64,000 nucleotides of DNA, taken from Octopus sinensis (lineage: Eukaryota). Shown piece after piece: positions 1 through 14,102 of the stretch. A program made the translations under genes and the position numbers. The notes under the pieces were generated by a model that saw only the letters and a list, made by a program, of their open reading frames with translations, did not search any database and was not told the DNA's origin. The stretch spans positions 70,680,001-70,744,000 of the forward strand of contig NC_042998.1 of NCBI RefSeq assembly GCF_006345805.1, read 5' to 3'. Within the stretch, counting starts at the first letter, position 1, and each line of letters starts with the position of its first letter.

Positions 1-335
1 TACAACATTTTCAAAAGATACCTCTACCGGTAACAATAAGCATTCTGCATTATGCTGCTGATGACAACGCAAATCAAATTGAAACAAACAAGACAAAAAG
101 ACTCCATTGATACAAGCGTGAAGATCTGACACAGTTAGTAAAAAGTATGTAGGAACTGTTTCAATCGTGTTCTGCACTTCGGGTGGAAATGATTTCCAAA
201 TAAATGTAGTATTACTGGGTACATATATAATGTTTTGTGAAAACTATAACAGTGATAACTCTGTAAACGAAAGCACGTTGATGACCAACATAAGAAAGGG
301 ACTTTTCACAAAGTTCCTGTTTAATGAAATCCATT

Positions 336-569
336 AAAGGCGGCGAGCTGGCAGAAACGTTAGCACGCCGGGCGAAATGCGTAGCCGTATTTCGTCTGCC
401 GTTACGTTCTGAGTTCAAATTCCGTCGAGGTCGACTTTGCCTTTCATCCTTTCGGGGTCGATAAATTAAGTACCAGTTACGCACTGGGATCGATGTAATC
501 GACTTAATCCGTTTGTCTGTCCTTGTTTGTCCCCTCTGTGTTTAGCCCCTTGTGGGTAGTAAAGAAATA
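336..569 (+). mobile_element. SINE-A (tRNA-derived head, conserved core), full monomer with 14-bp TSD
   Basis: Starts AAGGCGGCGAGCTGGCAGAAACGTTAG, B-box-like GAGTTCAAATTCC, core GGTCGACTTTGCCTTTCATCCTTTCGGGGTCGATAAATTAAGTACCAG, ends GTAAAGAAATA. TAATGAAATCCATT is repeated at 322-335 and 570-583. More than 10 related copies in the window. Confidence 0.9.
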
Positions 570-1620
570 TAATGAAATCCATTCGTTCAATGGCGAAAAC
601 ATTGAAATAGAACATGACGTTGTTATTTCCGTAACTCAGGACAAACATTCCGGTTCTACTTCATTTGTAAGTTATATTCTAATCGAGAGAACCGTGACTA
701 GAACTTATTCATTTATAGTGGCTATAATGGTTGGAAAAATGTGAACCGACTGAAGACAAGAAAATCCTAGAACACCTACCAACTTAAAGATGCATTCAAA
801 TTTAACAAGAAGAATTGACTGTTTTTGGCAGTAAAATTACAGAATGCAGAATGTTCCAGGAAAGAGTTATAACAGGTATCAAGTATTTAGCTCATCACCA
901 AGTGGGTGCAATGGGGTTCTAAATCCACCCTCAAAGGCAATTTTAGGTTAGCATTAGATCTACTGTCCCAATGACCCATTTATAAACACTTGAAAATACG
1001 AGGTGGTAAGGGAAGAGGTCGTGCCTGGTGTATGGTAACTTCTAAATGTGATGCGTTATTGGACCAGTATAGAAGATTGACTTGTCAGGCTCAGCGCAGA
1101 AAAATCATTCTGAACCAGCCTTCCTTTTACCTGTCATTGATTAGGTGTGTAGTGCATGATTAAACGGGTAGATGATTACTTAGAACTGAACACAAACTAT
1201 GGGATTATTAGCAAATTTTCTGTAAGTAAAAATGAAGAACTGAAATAATCAGATTTGCTGTTTACTCTGAGAATTTTTAGTCCCATATTGGAAATGGATT
1301 GATTCAGTTCGAAGCGTATATGAAATTTAATACAAATTCAGTTGAATGCCATTTTGAAATTCATATGTTTTAAGAAAATAGTGACAAACACATTTTAGCT
1401 TTTCTCAACACACACACGTATACTGACACACACACATTCACGCGCGTGCACACATGTTCATGTGTTTCCCATCAACTGTGCCAAAACATGATGATATCTA
1501 AATGCAGTAGAGAAAGATCTAATGAGAATCAAGGATGACGTAAACTCAGCAATGAAAGATGGGAAAAATGAACATCAGCGGAAAATTAACTGTCAGGATA
1601 CTGTCGAGGGACTCGCAGCC

Positions 1621-1653
<33 letters not shown>

Positions 1654-2020
1654 AACAGCAAATCACAAATTAAAATTTAAAATACTGTGACGATTATTAA
1701 TATTAACTGTTGTTCCATACTGGACCCGCTTCCGGGGTGCTTGAGGCACGCATCCTTCGTACCTCAACTCCACACCTGTCAGAACAAGTCATAGGCTTAT
1801 TACTGGTTGTATTGACACTGTGTGGAGAGTGCAATATATGTTTTTATAATGCGCCACTACCACCTCAACTAAGATCCAAACCGTCCGTTGTTAACCCGCG
1901 CGACCGGCAATTCGATACGGTTATTCTTTCTCCCTCTTTGCATATTATAGTTTTCTGTGGTTTTATTCGTGTCAAACACTAAGCTAGTATATGTATTTGG
2001 CTCCCAGAATAATATTGATA

Positions 2021-2241
2021 ATATTGGTTTCAAGCTTTGGCACAAGGCCAGCAATTTCGGTGGAGTGGGGTTAGGTCGATCACGTCGGTATCAGTGCTCA
2101 ACTGGTACGAATTTTATCGACCTAGAAGGAATGAAAGGTAAAATCGACCTCGACGGAATTTGAGCTCAGAACGTAAAGACGGACGAAATGCCGCTAAGCG
2201 TTTTTCCCGGCGTGCAAACGCTTCTTCCAGCTCACCGCCTT
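2021..2241 (-). mobile_element. SINE-A copy with the alternative 3' tail (GGCCTTGTGCC...GAAACCAATAT)
   Basis: Reverse complement of the SINE-A head and core, diverged. Confidence 0.85.
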
Positions 2242-2316
2242 AATAATATTAAGAATATTAATATCATTTGCTTTTAGTATTAATGTATCTAATATTAGTA
2301 ATTAGTATTTAATATT

Positions 2317-2708
2317 TGTTTCTTTATTGCCCAGAGGGGGATAAACATACAGGGGAAAACAAGGACAGACAAAGGGATTAAGTCGATTACACCGACCCCA
2401 ATGCGTACTTATTTAATCGACCCCGAAAGGATGAAAGGTAAAGTCAGCCCCGGCGGAATTTGAACTCAGAACGTAACGGCAGACGAAATGCCAATTTCTT
2501 TACTATCCACAAGGAGCTAAACACAGAGAGGACAAACAAGGAGAGACAAACGGATTAAGTCGATTATATCGACCCAAGTGCCTAACTGGTACTTATTTAA
2601 TCGACCCCGAAAGGATGAAAGGCAAAGTCGATCTCGGCGGAATTTGAACTCAGAAGGTAACACTAGACGAAATGCTGTTAAGCAGTTCGCCTGGCGTGCT
2701 AACGTTTC
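2317..2708 (-). mobile_element. SINE-A dimer (monomer plus head-truncated second unit)
   Basis: On the minus strand the tail GTAAAGAAAT re-enters the internal motif ATTTCGTCTG near 2480-2495 and repeats the core and tail. Confidence 0.85.
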
Positions 2709-2826
2709 TTCATTAGTATTTAATATTAAACTGATAACTCTCCACCACCAAATTTTATGTTTTTACGTAGATAAATATATATAAATTTTTATAAATCTCG
2801 TTTTCCATAATAAATATTTATATATA

Positions 2827-3092
2827 CTCTTTTTCTTGTTTCAGTCATTTGACTGCGACCATGCTGGAGCACCGCCTTTAGTTGAGCAAATCGACCCCGG
2901 GACTTATTCTTTTTGTAAGCCCAGTACTTATTCTATCGCTCTCTTTTTGCTGAACCGCTAAGTGACGGGGTCGTAAACACACGCCAGCATCGGTTGTCAA
3001 GCAATGCTAGGGGAACAAACACAGACACACAAACACACACACATATATATATAAAATATATTATATATATATACATATATACGACAGGCTTC
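2827..3092 (-). mobile_element. SINE-B, 5' part lost in the assembly gap
   Basis: TTGTTTCAGTCATTTGACTGCGACCATGCTGGAGCACCGCC...GAACCGCTAAGTGACGGGG matches the copies at 21.9-23.1 kb. Confidence 0.9.
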
Positions 3093-3192
3093 NNNNNNNN
3101 NNNNNNNNNNNNNNNNNNNNNNNNNNNNNNNNNNNNNNNNNNNNNNNNNNNNNNNNNNNNNNNNNNNNNNNNNNNNNNNNNNNNNNNNNNNN
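3093..3192. other. Assembly gap (100 N)
   Basis: Run of exactly 100 N, so the true size is unknown. Confidence 0.99.
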
Positions 3193-3199
3193 CACCCCC

Positions 3200-3480
3200 C
3201 TCTTTTTTTGCAGTTCTGTTGCCACATGCTTTCAAAACTCTGAGGAAGGTATTTACATAAAATATCGAACAACGGGGAATGTTTTAATCTGACCAGGCTG
3301 AAGTTCAAAACGAAGGTTTTTACTTCACTCATTAGGGAACTTTTGTATGCTGACGATTGGGATCTTGCCAGTCATTCTGAAACAGGTCTGCAATCTCTTG
3401 TATCTGCATTTGACTCAGCTTGTGATGATTTTGGCTTGACCATCAGCTTGAAAAAAACCCCAGTTGTAATCATCAACCTG
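3200..3480 (+). mobile_element. RTE-clade LINE reverse transcriptase fragment (decayed)
   Basis: Translates with frameshifts to HAF..EEGIYIKYRTTG..FNLTRLK.KTKVFTSLIRELLYADDWDLASHSETGLQSLVSAFDSACDDFGLTISLKKT, containing the YADD motif. Homologous to, but distinct from, the RTE at 59.9-60.2 kb. Confidence 0.85.
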
Positions 3481-3735
3481 CGTGTGGTGCTGTTTGCTAT
3501 TGGTAATATGTAATCCAGTACAACCTGTCGCGTGGCCGGGTCGTCGGTGACTAAACTGACAACCCCACCAGGTTTGCTTGGTGAGAGGTTGCTGTTAGAC
3601 AGCCTGCAGGATGAAAAATAAGACCTTTCAAAGGACGGATGAACACCTGAATAGTCAACGGCCATCCAACAAAATGTCTGTAATATGTAAATCTTTTTTG
3701 TGTGTATATGTATCATTTACTTTAATATATTATAT

Positions 3736-3781
<46 letters not shown>

Positions 3782-3789
3782 ATATCTAT

Positions 3790-3844
<55 letters not shown>

Positions 3845-4227
3845 ATACATATAATTTTTATATCTTTTAATGCATATCTTTTAACGTTTTTATATTTATA
3901 TATAATTCTTATTTACATCTGCAAATCACATACATACATGCTGCATACATAATACATACTACATACATACTACATATAGATATATATTATAATATATATA
4001 TATATTATATATATATATATATATACACATACATACAAACAGTAATACCATGTTGTTGATGTTGGAATTCCAATGAAGGAGTCTTGCGTGTGTATACATA
4101 GGTTAGAAAACGGTTCTTTCTCTATTGGCTAGAAATCTTGAAATAAACTGAATAATGACGTAACATACATACATACATACATACATACATACATACATAC
4201 ATACATACATACATACATACATAATAC

Positions 4228-4880
4228 CTAAATGGAAGGCTATCTCCATGTAATTCAAAAGTAAGAAATCCCCACCAAATATCCGCAGCATAAAAAGTAG
4301 CAAACGTTTATTGATAACAAATGTAGGCTGTGCAATACAAGACAGAAGAGGTCAACCTCACTATTTCCCACTAAGAGAGAGCGTCTTCTAGATATCGTCT
4401 TCCCATGATGCATTATGCAGTATCCAGAACAGTCTGGAACAGGATTTAAAAAAAATTAAAATACCAACAAAATCGACTATATTGAGAGCGAGTCGTCAAA
4501 AGTATTTTGGTAGAACTGACCTACCAAGTTGAATCACAATTTACCAGATATTCTTGTGTTTGGATCACGAGAAAAAAAAAAAATAAAACGTTCCGTTGTT
4601 GAAATCAGCTGCTCTCTGGGGATCAATGTAGTCATAAAAATACAGGAGAAAGAAAACGTCTCTGGACCATTAATGAGGAGTTTGCGAATCCAGTATCCAA
4701 GATGCACTTTGCGCTTCATATCATCATTATTAGAGCAAGGTACGTACCAACCAGCCTGAAGCAAAGCATGGCTGATCTTGGGTTCTTGGAGAAAGAATGT
4801 AACTCTTTAATTCATTACACAACAAATAATAACGATGTCTGGGACAATAAAAACCTGCAAGACTTTAAAATTTAAAGGAT
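4228..4880 (+). mobile_element. RLE-type non-LTR retrotransposon 3' fragment (R4/Dong- or NeSL-like; CCHC knuckle plus restriction-like endonuclease), decayed
   Basis: Frameshifted translation gives MEGYLHVIQK.EIPTKY, DNKCRLC, PDILVFG..EKK...VVEISC.L.INVVIKIQEKEN..GPLMRSLRIQYP and SGTIKTCKTLKF, matching the CCHC and PD-x-D/E endonuclease layout. Confidence 0.7.
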
Positions 4881-5392
4881 GATTATCAAAAGATGCTATC
4901 TTTCACAGCTTTGCAACCAAACTGTTGGCCGGTCCCATTTAACCGCAAATTAAAAAGGGAAGTAGAAAGCATTCATAAATAAATAAATACATCGAAGAAA
5001 GAAAATCGCCGGGAAGACGTTGACACGATGTTACAGAGTAAAAAAAAAAAAATCTGCGGTTACTCAAACTGGCATATCACATAGCATTTGACTTAAATCT
5101 ACTTTTATTGGAGCAGTACCAATCTTGGGAAACTGGGCTTCACAAAATTGGAAAGAAGACGGTTAATTAGGAAGCTACTGCTACTAGGCATTAAAGTCAC
5201 TGTGAAATTATGTAAGCAATTTCAGATGATTAGCATATAATAAGTGCATATGCACGCATGGAGACATATATCGATTAATGTCAGAACATAAAATTCCATA
5301 GAAGTAGGGACAGTCATGCTTGCACACACATATATGAACATGCAAGCATATAAGTATACATGCATCATATCTGTCTCGTACCTGCAATCATA

Positions 5393-5491
<99 letters not shown>

Positions 5492-5620
5492 GCACACGCA
5501 CGAGCATGCGTGCGTCACTGACGTGTCCATTTCTATGACAGATTTTTGTTTCTTGGTCAGAAACCGGCTTTTCTTTTTACTATCGGTGGGGTATGGAATC
5601 CGAAAGATAAAAACAGAAAA

Positions 5621-5668
<48 letters not shown>

Positions 5669-5899
5669 ACACACACTCAAACACACACACAAACACAGAC
5701 ACAGACACACACATACATATAAGTATGTATGTATATATATATATGTAGTGTATATGTATACTTACACACACACACACATATATGTATACATTACATATAC
5801 ATATATATATATGTGTGTGTGTGGTTCATTCCACTCGTCACGTGGGAGGGGTGTACCATTATTACTAATTCCCTACAAACAACAACAACAATAATAATT

Positions 5900-6400
5900 A
5901 TAATTGATTGGAAGCGTTATCATGTACATATTTTGTCTTGGTATAAAAGATGGGCTACAGCAAATATTCTACTCAGATTTGCGTATCAGTTGTTTGACCT
6001 TAACCAGTAGAGCATGTCCTTTAGTGGCTGACTATATCTACATCTCTGATCACGAGCAGGGGTAGTGGTGGCGGCATCATAGCCATGTGTTGAGAGGAAT
6101 TCTTTTGGGTTTGAAGAATTCACCCCTGAAGACATTGGCGTTTCGTTCAACACTACTAAACATCCCTTATTCAGGGACCTATTGAACTGGATGGGCTTCT
6201 CGACCTGACGAATGTTCTAACTGAGCCCCACCTGCAAGGTTATGCTGTTTATCTTGATATGAGATCACCATGCCACGCACATATGGATGTGATGCATGTG
6301 TCTGGTTTACCCTTATCAGGCGGGTAGTCATGATGGGTATACTGGGCTTCGTATATTTTACCCTAGTGTCCCTTTGTTAGCATGCACTGCTCTCTCACTC
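5900..6400 (+). mobile_element. Non-coding interspersed element between (AAC/AAT)n tracts, probably a LINE 3'UTR or SINE
   Basis: About 500 bp, richer in GC than its flanks, ending ...GCACTGCTCTCTCACTC directly into (AAT)n/(GAT)n and preceded by (AAC)(AAT) repeats. Only one copy here, so repeat status is inferred. Confidence 0.5.
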
Positions 6401-6503
6401 AATAATAATAACAATGATGATGATGATGATGATGAATGATGATGATGATGATGATGATGATAATGATAATAATAATGATAATAATAATAATAATATAATA
6501 ATA

Positions 6504-6546
<43 letters not shown>

Positions 6547-6658
6547 CAACAACAACAACAACAAGAACTGTTATATTTTAGGAGTTTTGTCTTACTGATT
6601 CTGCAATGCGGACGCACATTTACACTATTCCTATAAACACTCACGCATAGATATATAG

Positions 6659-6704
<46 letters not shown>

Positions 6705-8022
6705 GTATATATCTCCATACATACATGCATACATGCATACATACGTACATACATACATGTATGTATGTATATAAATATACATGTATACTTACATATATTT
6801 GATACATGCATATGTATACACACATATATGTATATATATATATATATATACATACATACATACATACATACATACGTACATACATACATATATTCATAAA
6901 TACATAAATGCATACATACTTCTATACATACATAGATATGCATCAGTATATTTGAACAGCCTTTGTTGAAGTTCGACCGACCATTTGGTGAAAGAGGAAA
7001 GGTTGTTGCAAGAATAATTATCTTCAAATCCAGCTGAGAATTCCCTCATCATACAGGTGAAGTAGATAAAGATATTTCATCGATTTACTCCAACATTTTA
7101 AACAGGAGCACTTTGTTGGCCCCGATAAACTATTGTAATGCGTGTTTAGTTATCCTGAAATACATACGAAACATACGGAAATATACTGTATAAAAATACA
7201 CACATATATATACATACTTGTAGATATACGTTCACACACGTGTATATGCACATTTGCAGATGCATACATATGTATGGATATAGAGAAAGAGCGAAGGAGA
7301 AAGCGGGGAGAAAGAGAGAGCGAAATCGATAAACATGGGTTACATATGTATACATGCAGATATGGAACTGCAGAATAATGGGGAAAGTGGCCATAGCTAA
7401 AATCACATATAGAGTGCAGGAATACTATCATACATATGCATCTGTGCTCGTCATATTTGTGTATGTGTATGTATGTATGTATGTATGTATGTTTGTATGT
7501 ATGTATGTATGTATGTAATGTATGTATGTATGAATACTCCAAAAATAAAGAAAGCATCAAGATGAGATGAAAGAACAAGGTTGACGCCCAGGAGAATATT
7601 AAAGAAGGATTTAACGTTTCGAGGAGAGATGGGGAGAGAGATACAGTTATACATATGAAGATAAGACAACTTAATTCGTTTAAATTGATGTAAATTATTA
7701 AAAAAAAAATACTGAACAATATGTGCAAAATTTTAACAATATGTTCTAATTTTTTGATATAAAGAAAAATGATGCAGTGTTACACATCCTACAAATACCA
7801 TAAAAAACAAATAATTGCGTAAACACGTATTTATGCCAAGATATATCATTTATTATGTGAATCAAACATGCGATTCGTTTCATCGTTTGGCTTTTTGGAA
7901 AGAGGCAGTGGTATTTAGCAGCCAACTATCTTGCGCGCACACACACATATATATGTAATGTATACATATACACTACGTATATATATATATATATATATAT
8001 TATATATTATATACACTACGTA

Positions 8023-8053
<31 letters not shown>

Positions 8054-8068
8054 CTTATATGTATGTGT

Positions 8069-8104
<36 letters not shown>

Positions 8105-9964
8105 ATAGCCACCTTTGGTGAGAGGCGAAGCCAAAGAGGAAGAGAAAAAATAAATGTTAACGACGTGGAGAGGGGAATTATATGGTTAAAAAAGTTTGTT
8201 GAAATAATAAGAGGCAGAGAGAAATGATAAAAAAAGACACCCTTTATTAAACTAGAAAGAACCCGTCATCACTATATCTTCCTCTTTACTCACATCTACA
8301 AACATATACTTTGCGCCTTCCCCTCTCCATCGTTCTCTTCCAATCGAGTTAACTCCTCTTTCCTGCCTACAACCTCGCACCACGACTAATTTTCATATGC
8401 ATCACTCTACCCACCAAAAGAATATCTCATCCGAAACCCACTACATGAAGGGCATGAAAACAGAATTAAATCAGTTTTGGTGACCGATTGTATACTAAGA
8501 CTTCGAAGTCACAATCGACTGTCAACCTTTTTCGTGTAAAATCTTATAAATATGGTAATCTACTAAAAATATGAGATGATCCTTGAGTTTAATGTTCAAC
8601 TGTTTTATATATAAACTATATATATATATGAAAAAAAAAACATTAATATATGCGAGTGTGTATGTGTGCGTGCGTGTCTGATTTGTCATTATGTGTGTGC
8701 TTAGATACTACGAACGAATACCCATAAAAACTATATATTAGTTGGCATCGCTCTCGCCTATATAAACTATATAAATTTGTTTTGAAATACAAAACAGTAA
8801 CATTTTAAATTTCAGTTTTTGTTTTGATTTTTGCATATTAGTATGTATAAAAAAAGTTTGAACAAGATAGATAGTATGTTACACGAGAAATAATATTGGA
8901 GAGAAAATGGATTAGAGAGAGAGAAGGAGAGGAGAGAGAGAGAAGGAGAGAGAGAGAAAGAGAGAAGTAGAGAGAGGGAGACAATGGGAAGCATGTATAA
9001 AGAATGAGTGAGCGAAAGAGAGAGAGAGAGAGAGGGAGAGAGAGAGAAAGAGATGGAGGGTGTGAAAGAAAGAGAAAAGTGAACATAGAGGTAACACGAG
9101 AGATAGTTATAAAATCATAAAGAGAAAGTGAGAAAGAGCGAGAGAGAAAGAGAGAGTGTAAGGGAGAGGAGTGATGGTTATATAGCATTGGTTTATTTAC
9201 ATCTCTCTCTATCTCTTTCCCATTAGCATCTTAAAGAGTTTGAATAACAATTGTACTATTCTGAAAATGTTTTCGTCCTACTCACTTTTTCTGAAAATGT
9301 TTTCGTCCTACTCGTTTTTTAACCTCTTCATATAACCAATAGAAACGTTAAAGCACCAACGTTGTTAGTGACAGCGAAGAGAGAGAACAACATTAGTTTT
9401 CCTGCATAAACAGAATCTCCGATGTTTAAAATATCGAATTCCGAAAGCTGCTTTGAAATAAATGCAGAATGGTATATGACCTATGACACTAACATTCATT
9501 TCAGTAGATCGAGGACAACTAAAATATTCATACATTTCTTATGATTATTGGTCCTAATTTTAAATACGCTCGTCTCCCCCGCTGATGACGTGTTCATTTA
9601 CATAAATACTTCATTACAAACCATTGTGAGTGGACTTCTAATACGATTTACAATAGAGTTAATTTTTGAAGGACGTGGCGTGGATTTCACCTCAAAATGA
9701 CATGGTCGTCAATAACTACCTAACAACGAGTATTAATAGGAATTATTATAGATTCAGAATCGGAAGGACAACTGACATCTTGGAGATGTATCTCACCTTA
9801 TACCTTTGCTCAAGCAATTGTGTGTATATATATATGAAGACTGTTCTTTTGTATTAAGTGTGTGAAGAAATTGGTGTTACATCAAGACACAATATCGTAA
9901 TCATAACTACCGTATATTTACTTGTTTTAAACGCATCATTAATATGTTAATGAATAATAGTATA

Positions 9965-10766
9965 AAGGCGGCGAGCTGGCAGAAACGTTAGCACGCCGGG
10001 CGAAATGCGTAGCCGTATTTCGTCTGCCGTTACCTACTGAGTTCAAACTCCGCCGAGGTCAACCTTGCCTTTCATCCTTTCGAGGTCGATTAAATAAGTA
10101 CCAGTTACGCGCTGGGGTCGATATAATCGGCTTAATCCGTTTGTCTGTCCTTGTTTGTCCTCTCTGTGTTTAGCCCCTTGTGGGTAGTAAAGAAATAAGT
10201 ATTTCGTCTGTCTGGCGAGCTAGCAGAATCATTAGCACGCCGGGCGAAATGCTTAGCTATATTTTGTCTGTCGCTACGTTCTGAGTTCAAATTCCGCCGA
10301 GGTCGACTTTGCCTTTCATCCTCTCGGGGTCGATTACATAAGTACCAGTTATGCACTGTGGTAGATGTAATCGACCTAATCCCTTTGTGTGTCCTCGTTT
10401 GTCCCCTCTATGTTTAACCCTCTGTGGGCAATAAAGAAATATTTATAAATTAAGCACCAGTTGCGTACTGGAATCGATCTAATCAACTGGCCCTCTCCTC
10501 AAAATTTCGGGCCTTGTGCCTAGAGTAGAAAAGAATAAATGATAGTATAAGGTGGCGAGCTGACAGAATATTTACCGCGTCAGCATAAATACGTACAGAC
10601 ATTTTGTTTGATTTTACGTTCTGAGTTTAAATTCCGTCGAAGCTGATTTTGTCTTTCATCCTTTCGGGATCGATAAAATAAGTATCAGCTGAGCACTGGG
10701 GTCGACGTAATCGATTTATCTCACCCCAGAAATTGCTGGCCTTGTGCCAAAATTTGAAACCAATAT
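9965..10766 (+). mobile_element. Head-to-tail array of SINE-A units (three long units plus a tail fragment)
   Basis: Heads at about 9965, 10214 and 10549. The core is repeated three times, with tails of both types. Confidence 0.9.
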
Positions 10767-11443
10767 GTTAATAATAGTGAGTATTTTTTCTATGGTTGAA
10801 TATGGTTTAGCATATGTAAAGTAGCCGTTAATTCTATATCGAAATTCAACCTTCTGAAATTCGACTTGTGACTATCAACTTCACAAGTCATCACATCTAG
10901 ATAAACACTGTATGACACGATAAATGAATACAACTTTTTTCTCATATCAGTTAAACATTCGACTGTTGAAACACCATTAAAAATTTATATTTACTGTAAC
11001 AGTATGTTAATACAATATTGGTCTGAAATTACTGAAAACGTTTATTTAGAGATTCCAAACTCCATTTATACATCTGTCTGGTATAGCTATTGATAAATAT
11101 ATACGATTGTGAAGTGAAACTAAAGAACACATTCAAAGAAACAGTTTATTACAACTAGCTTGCGTGACATTCGTTGTAGATTTTAATTTGCCTCCGAAAT
11201 GCCGCTCTCTTCCACTTCAGTTAATCCTGTTTATTTTCATTACCTCTCAAACAATGCCTGAATTCATGCCAGTTTATAAACGAATATTTTGTTTTATCAG
11301 TTAATTCTTCTTAAAGAAGATTACTACGTTGATGTATGTTTCGGTGTACAATCAGTATTACACTGACGTGACTTGGTATAATATTAGTTTCCATTTATCT
11401 ACGTACTAGGTAATTGCTAGCATCCATCGAATTCTATTTTACC

Positions 11444-11865
<422 letters not shown>

Positions 11866-11871
11866 GTGGTG

Positions 11872-11904
<33 letters not shown>

Positions 11905-12736
11905 TTTATGCATATATCGAAATCAAATTACAAAGCACGTACATTCAAATCAACGACTGTTTCAGGATATTTCACGTAAGTTTTAATTTCGGTGAGTGTG
12001 AAGTGTATATCTGTGAAGTGTATATCAGTTTCAAGTGCCTATGCTACTCAGGAGCTAAAGTCACGCTCTCAACAATACAAGACCTCTAAACTTTTCAAAG
12101 ATCTGCTCCCGCAAGAAGCACCGGGCTTTCGGAGCAAGCTTCTAAAATACTGTTCAGCATTTCAAATAACATACATCGGAGATGGTAGGAATATGACAGA
12201 CTTTCGAAAGTGCTACATTTTAATGGGTTGTCTTCTAATATAACCCTGGAGCTTCACAAATTTGTATAAGGCTTACTTCATGGATGACAAAGAAAGAGAA
12301 GCTCAACAAAGATGGCGGATTGCTGTTATGCATAATTTGAAATTATAAGAAAATGTATTTGTACGTCAGTATCCTTAAGCGTATACCGAAACTCATGAAC
12401 GACACTAGGAGGAGACAAAGGTCTACCTACAGAGTATTAATGCTGATACAGCAAATATATCAATGTTGATATTGGAATTATGTTGGACATGTACGTCAAA
12501 ATTGAAACAGAAATGTTGGAGTTTCTGTGAAGAAACCTAGAAATATTAAAGAAAGATGATTATATATATCTTCGAGATGCTGTCACGAAAGATGGTGAAC
12601 CCGGAAATATTGTTTAACCTGTCATCCTTTTGTCGATCTGTTGAAAAGGGCCCCGTTACATGTATAGAAGAAATCAAGATTCAGTAAGCTTATGTCAAAA
12701 AAATTTGGACGGCCGAATCTTTTCATTACATTTATC

Positions 12737-12831
<95 letters not shown>

Positions 12832-12887
12832 GTCTGTCTGTCTGCCTGTCTATCTATCTGTCTGTCTGTCTGTCTGTCTATCTATGC

Positions 12888-12981
<94 letters not shown>

Positions 12982-13030
12982 ATATCTATCTGTCTGTCCG
13001 TCTGTTTATCTGCCTGTCTGCCTGTCTGTC
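12737..13030. repeat. (TCTA)n/(TCTG)n compound microsatellite
   Basis: Seen directly. It begins right at the Helitron FITF motif of the first duplicate. Confidence 0.95.
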
Positions 13031-13703
13031 TGACTCTCTGCCTAAGAATGATCAAAGTATTTACCATTTTCTGCTACGGCAAATCAACTCGGAAACAAGA
13101 CAAGGAATCGTCCGAACATTCAGATGTAAAGTATTCTACGCCTTTTCTTTCACGTTACGAGATCAGATCAGTTCAATCAAGTTGCGCAATTCAAGGAAGC
13201 AACCAATCAGTTAATAGTGGACACAAATGTCAAAATTGAAATAGAGATGTTGGAGTTCCTGTGAAGAAACTAAGAAATATTAGAGACAGATGATAATATT
13301 TATCTTGGAGATGCTATCACGAATGATGGTGATCCCAGAAATATTGTTTAGGCTGTCATCCCTTTGTCAAGCTTCACGCAAGGGCTCCGTTACATGCATG
13401 GAAGAAAGCAAGCTGCAGTTGGTTTATGTCAGAAAATTTGGATTACCGAATCTTTTCATTACATTTGCCTGTAACTTGAAATGGACAGAAATCTCAGGTG
13501 AAAATTTTCAACATGAGAAACCAAGTGATTTACAAGATCTCATTGTTCGAATGTTCCCCGAGAAGCAAAAGAAGCTACTCTGGCTTCAAAAATAAGAGAG
13601 AATCTTTGGTGAATGCTGTGTATGTATGACCAGTATAGAATGGCAGAAGAGAGGACTTTCTTTTATACACTGACCTGGTGCAATGATGATATAAGACCAG
13701 ATG

Positions 13704-14102
13704 AAGGCGGCGAGATGGCAGAAACGTTAGCACGCCGGGCGAAATGCTTAGCAGTATTTCATCTGTCTTTATGTTCTGAGTTCAAATTCCGCCGAGGTCG
13801 ACTTTGCCTTTCATTCTTTCAGGATCGATAAATTAAGTACCAGTTACGCACTGGGGTCGATATAATCGACTTAATCCGTTTGTCTGTCCTTGTTTGTCCT
13901 CTCTGTGTTTAGCCCTTTGTGGGTAGTAAAGAAATAGGTATTTCATCTGCCTTTACGTTCTGAGTTATAATTCCGCCGAGGTTGACTTTGCCTTTCATTC
14001 TTTCGGTGTCGATAAATTAAGTACTAATTTCGTACTAGGGTCGATGTAATTGACTGCCCCCTCCCCCCAAAATTTCGGGCCTTGTGCCTAGAGTTGAAAA
14101 GG
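13704..14102 (+). mobile_element. SINE-A dimer inserted in the Helitron remnant
   Basis: Full monomer 13704-13937, then GTAAAGAAATAGGTATTTCATCTG re-enters the internal motif. The second unit ends GGGCCTTGTGCCTAGAGTTGAAAAGG. Confidence 0.9.

Noticed and set aside
780-1250. Possible decayed LINE C-terminal region
   Set aside because: Only faint peptide echoes (GSKIT) across many frameshifts, which is not enough to call.
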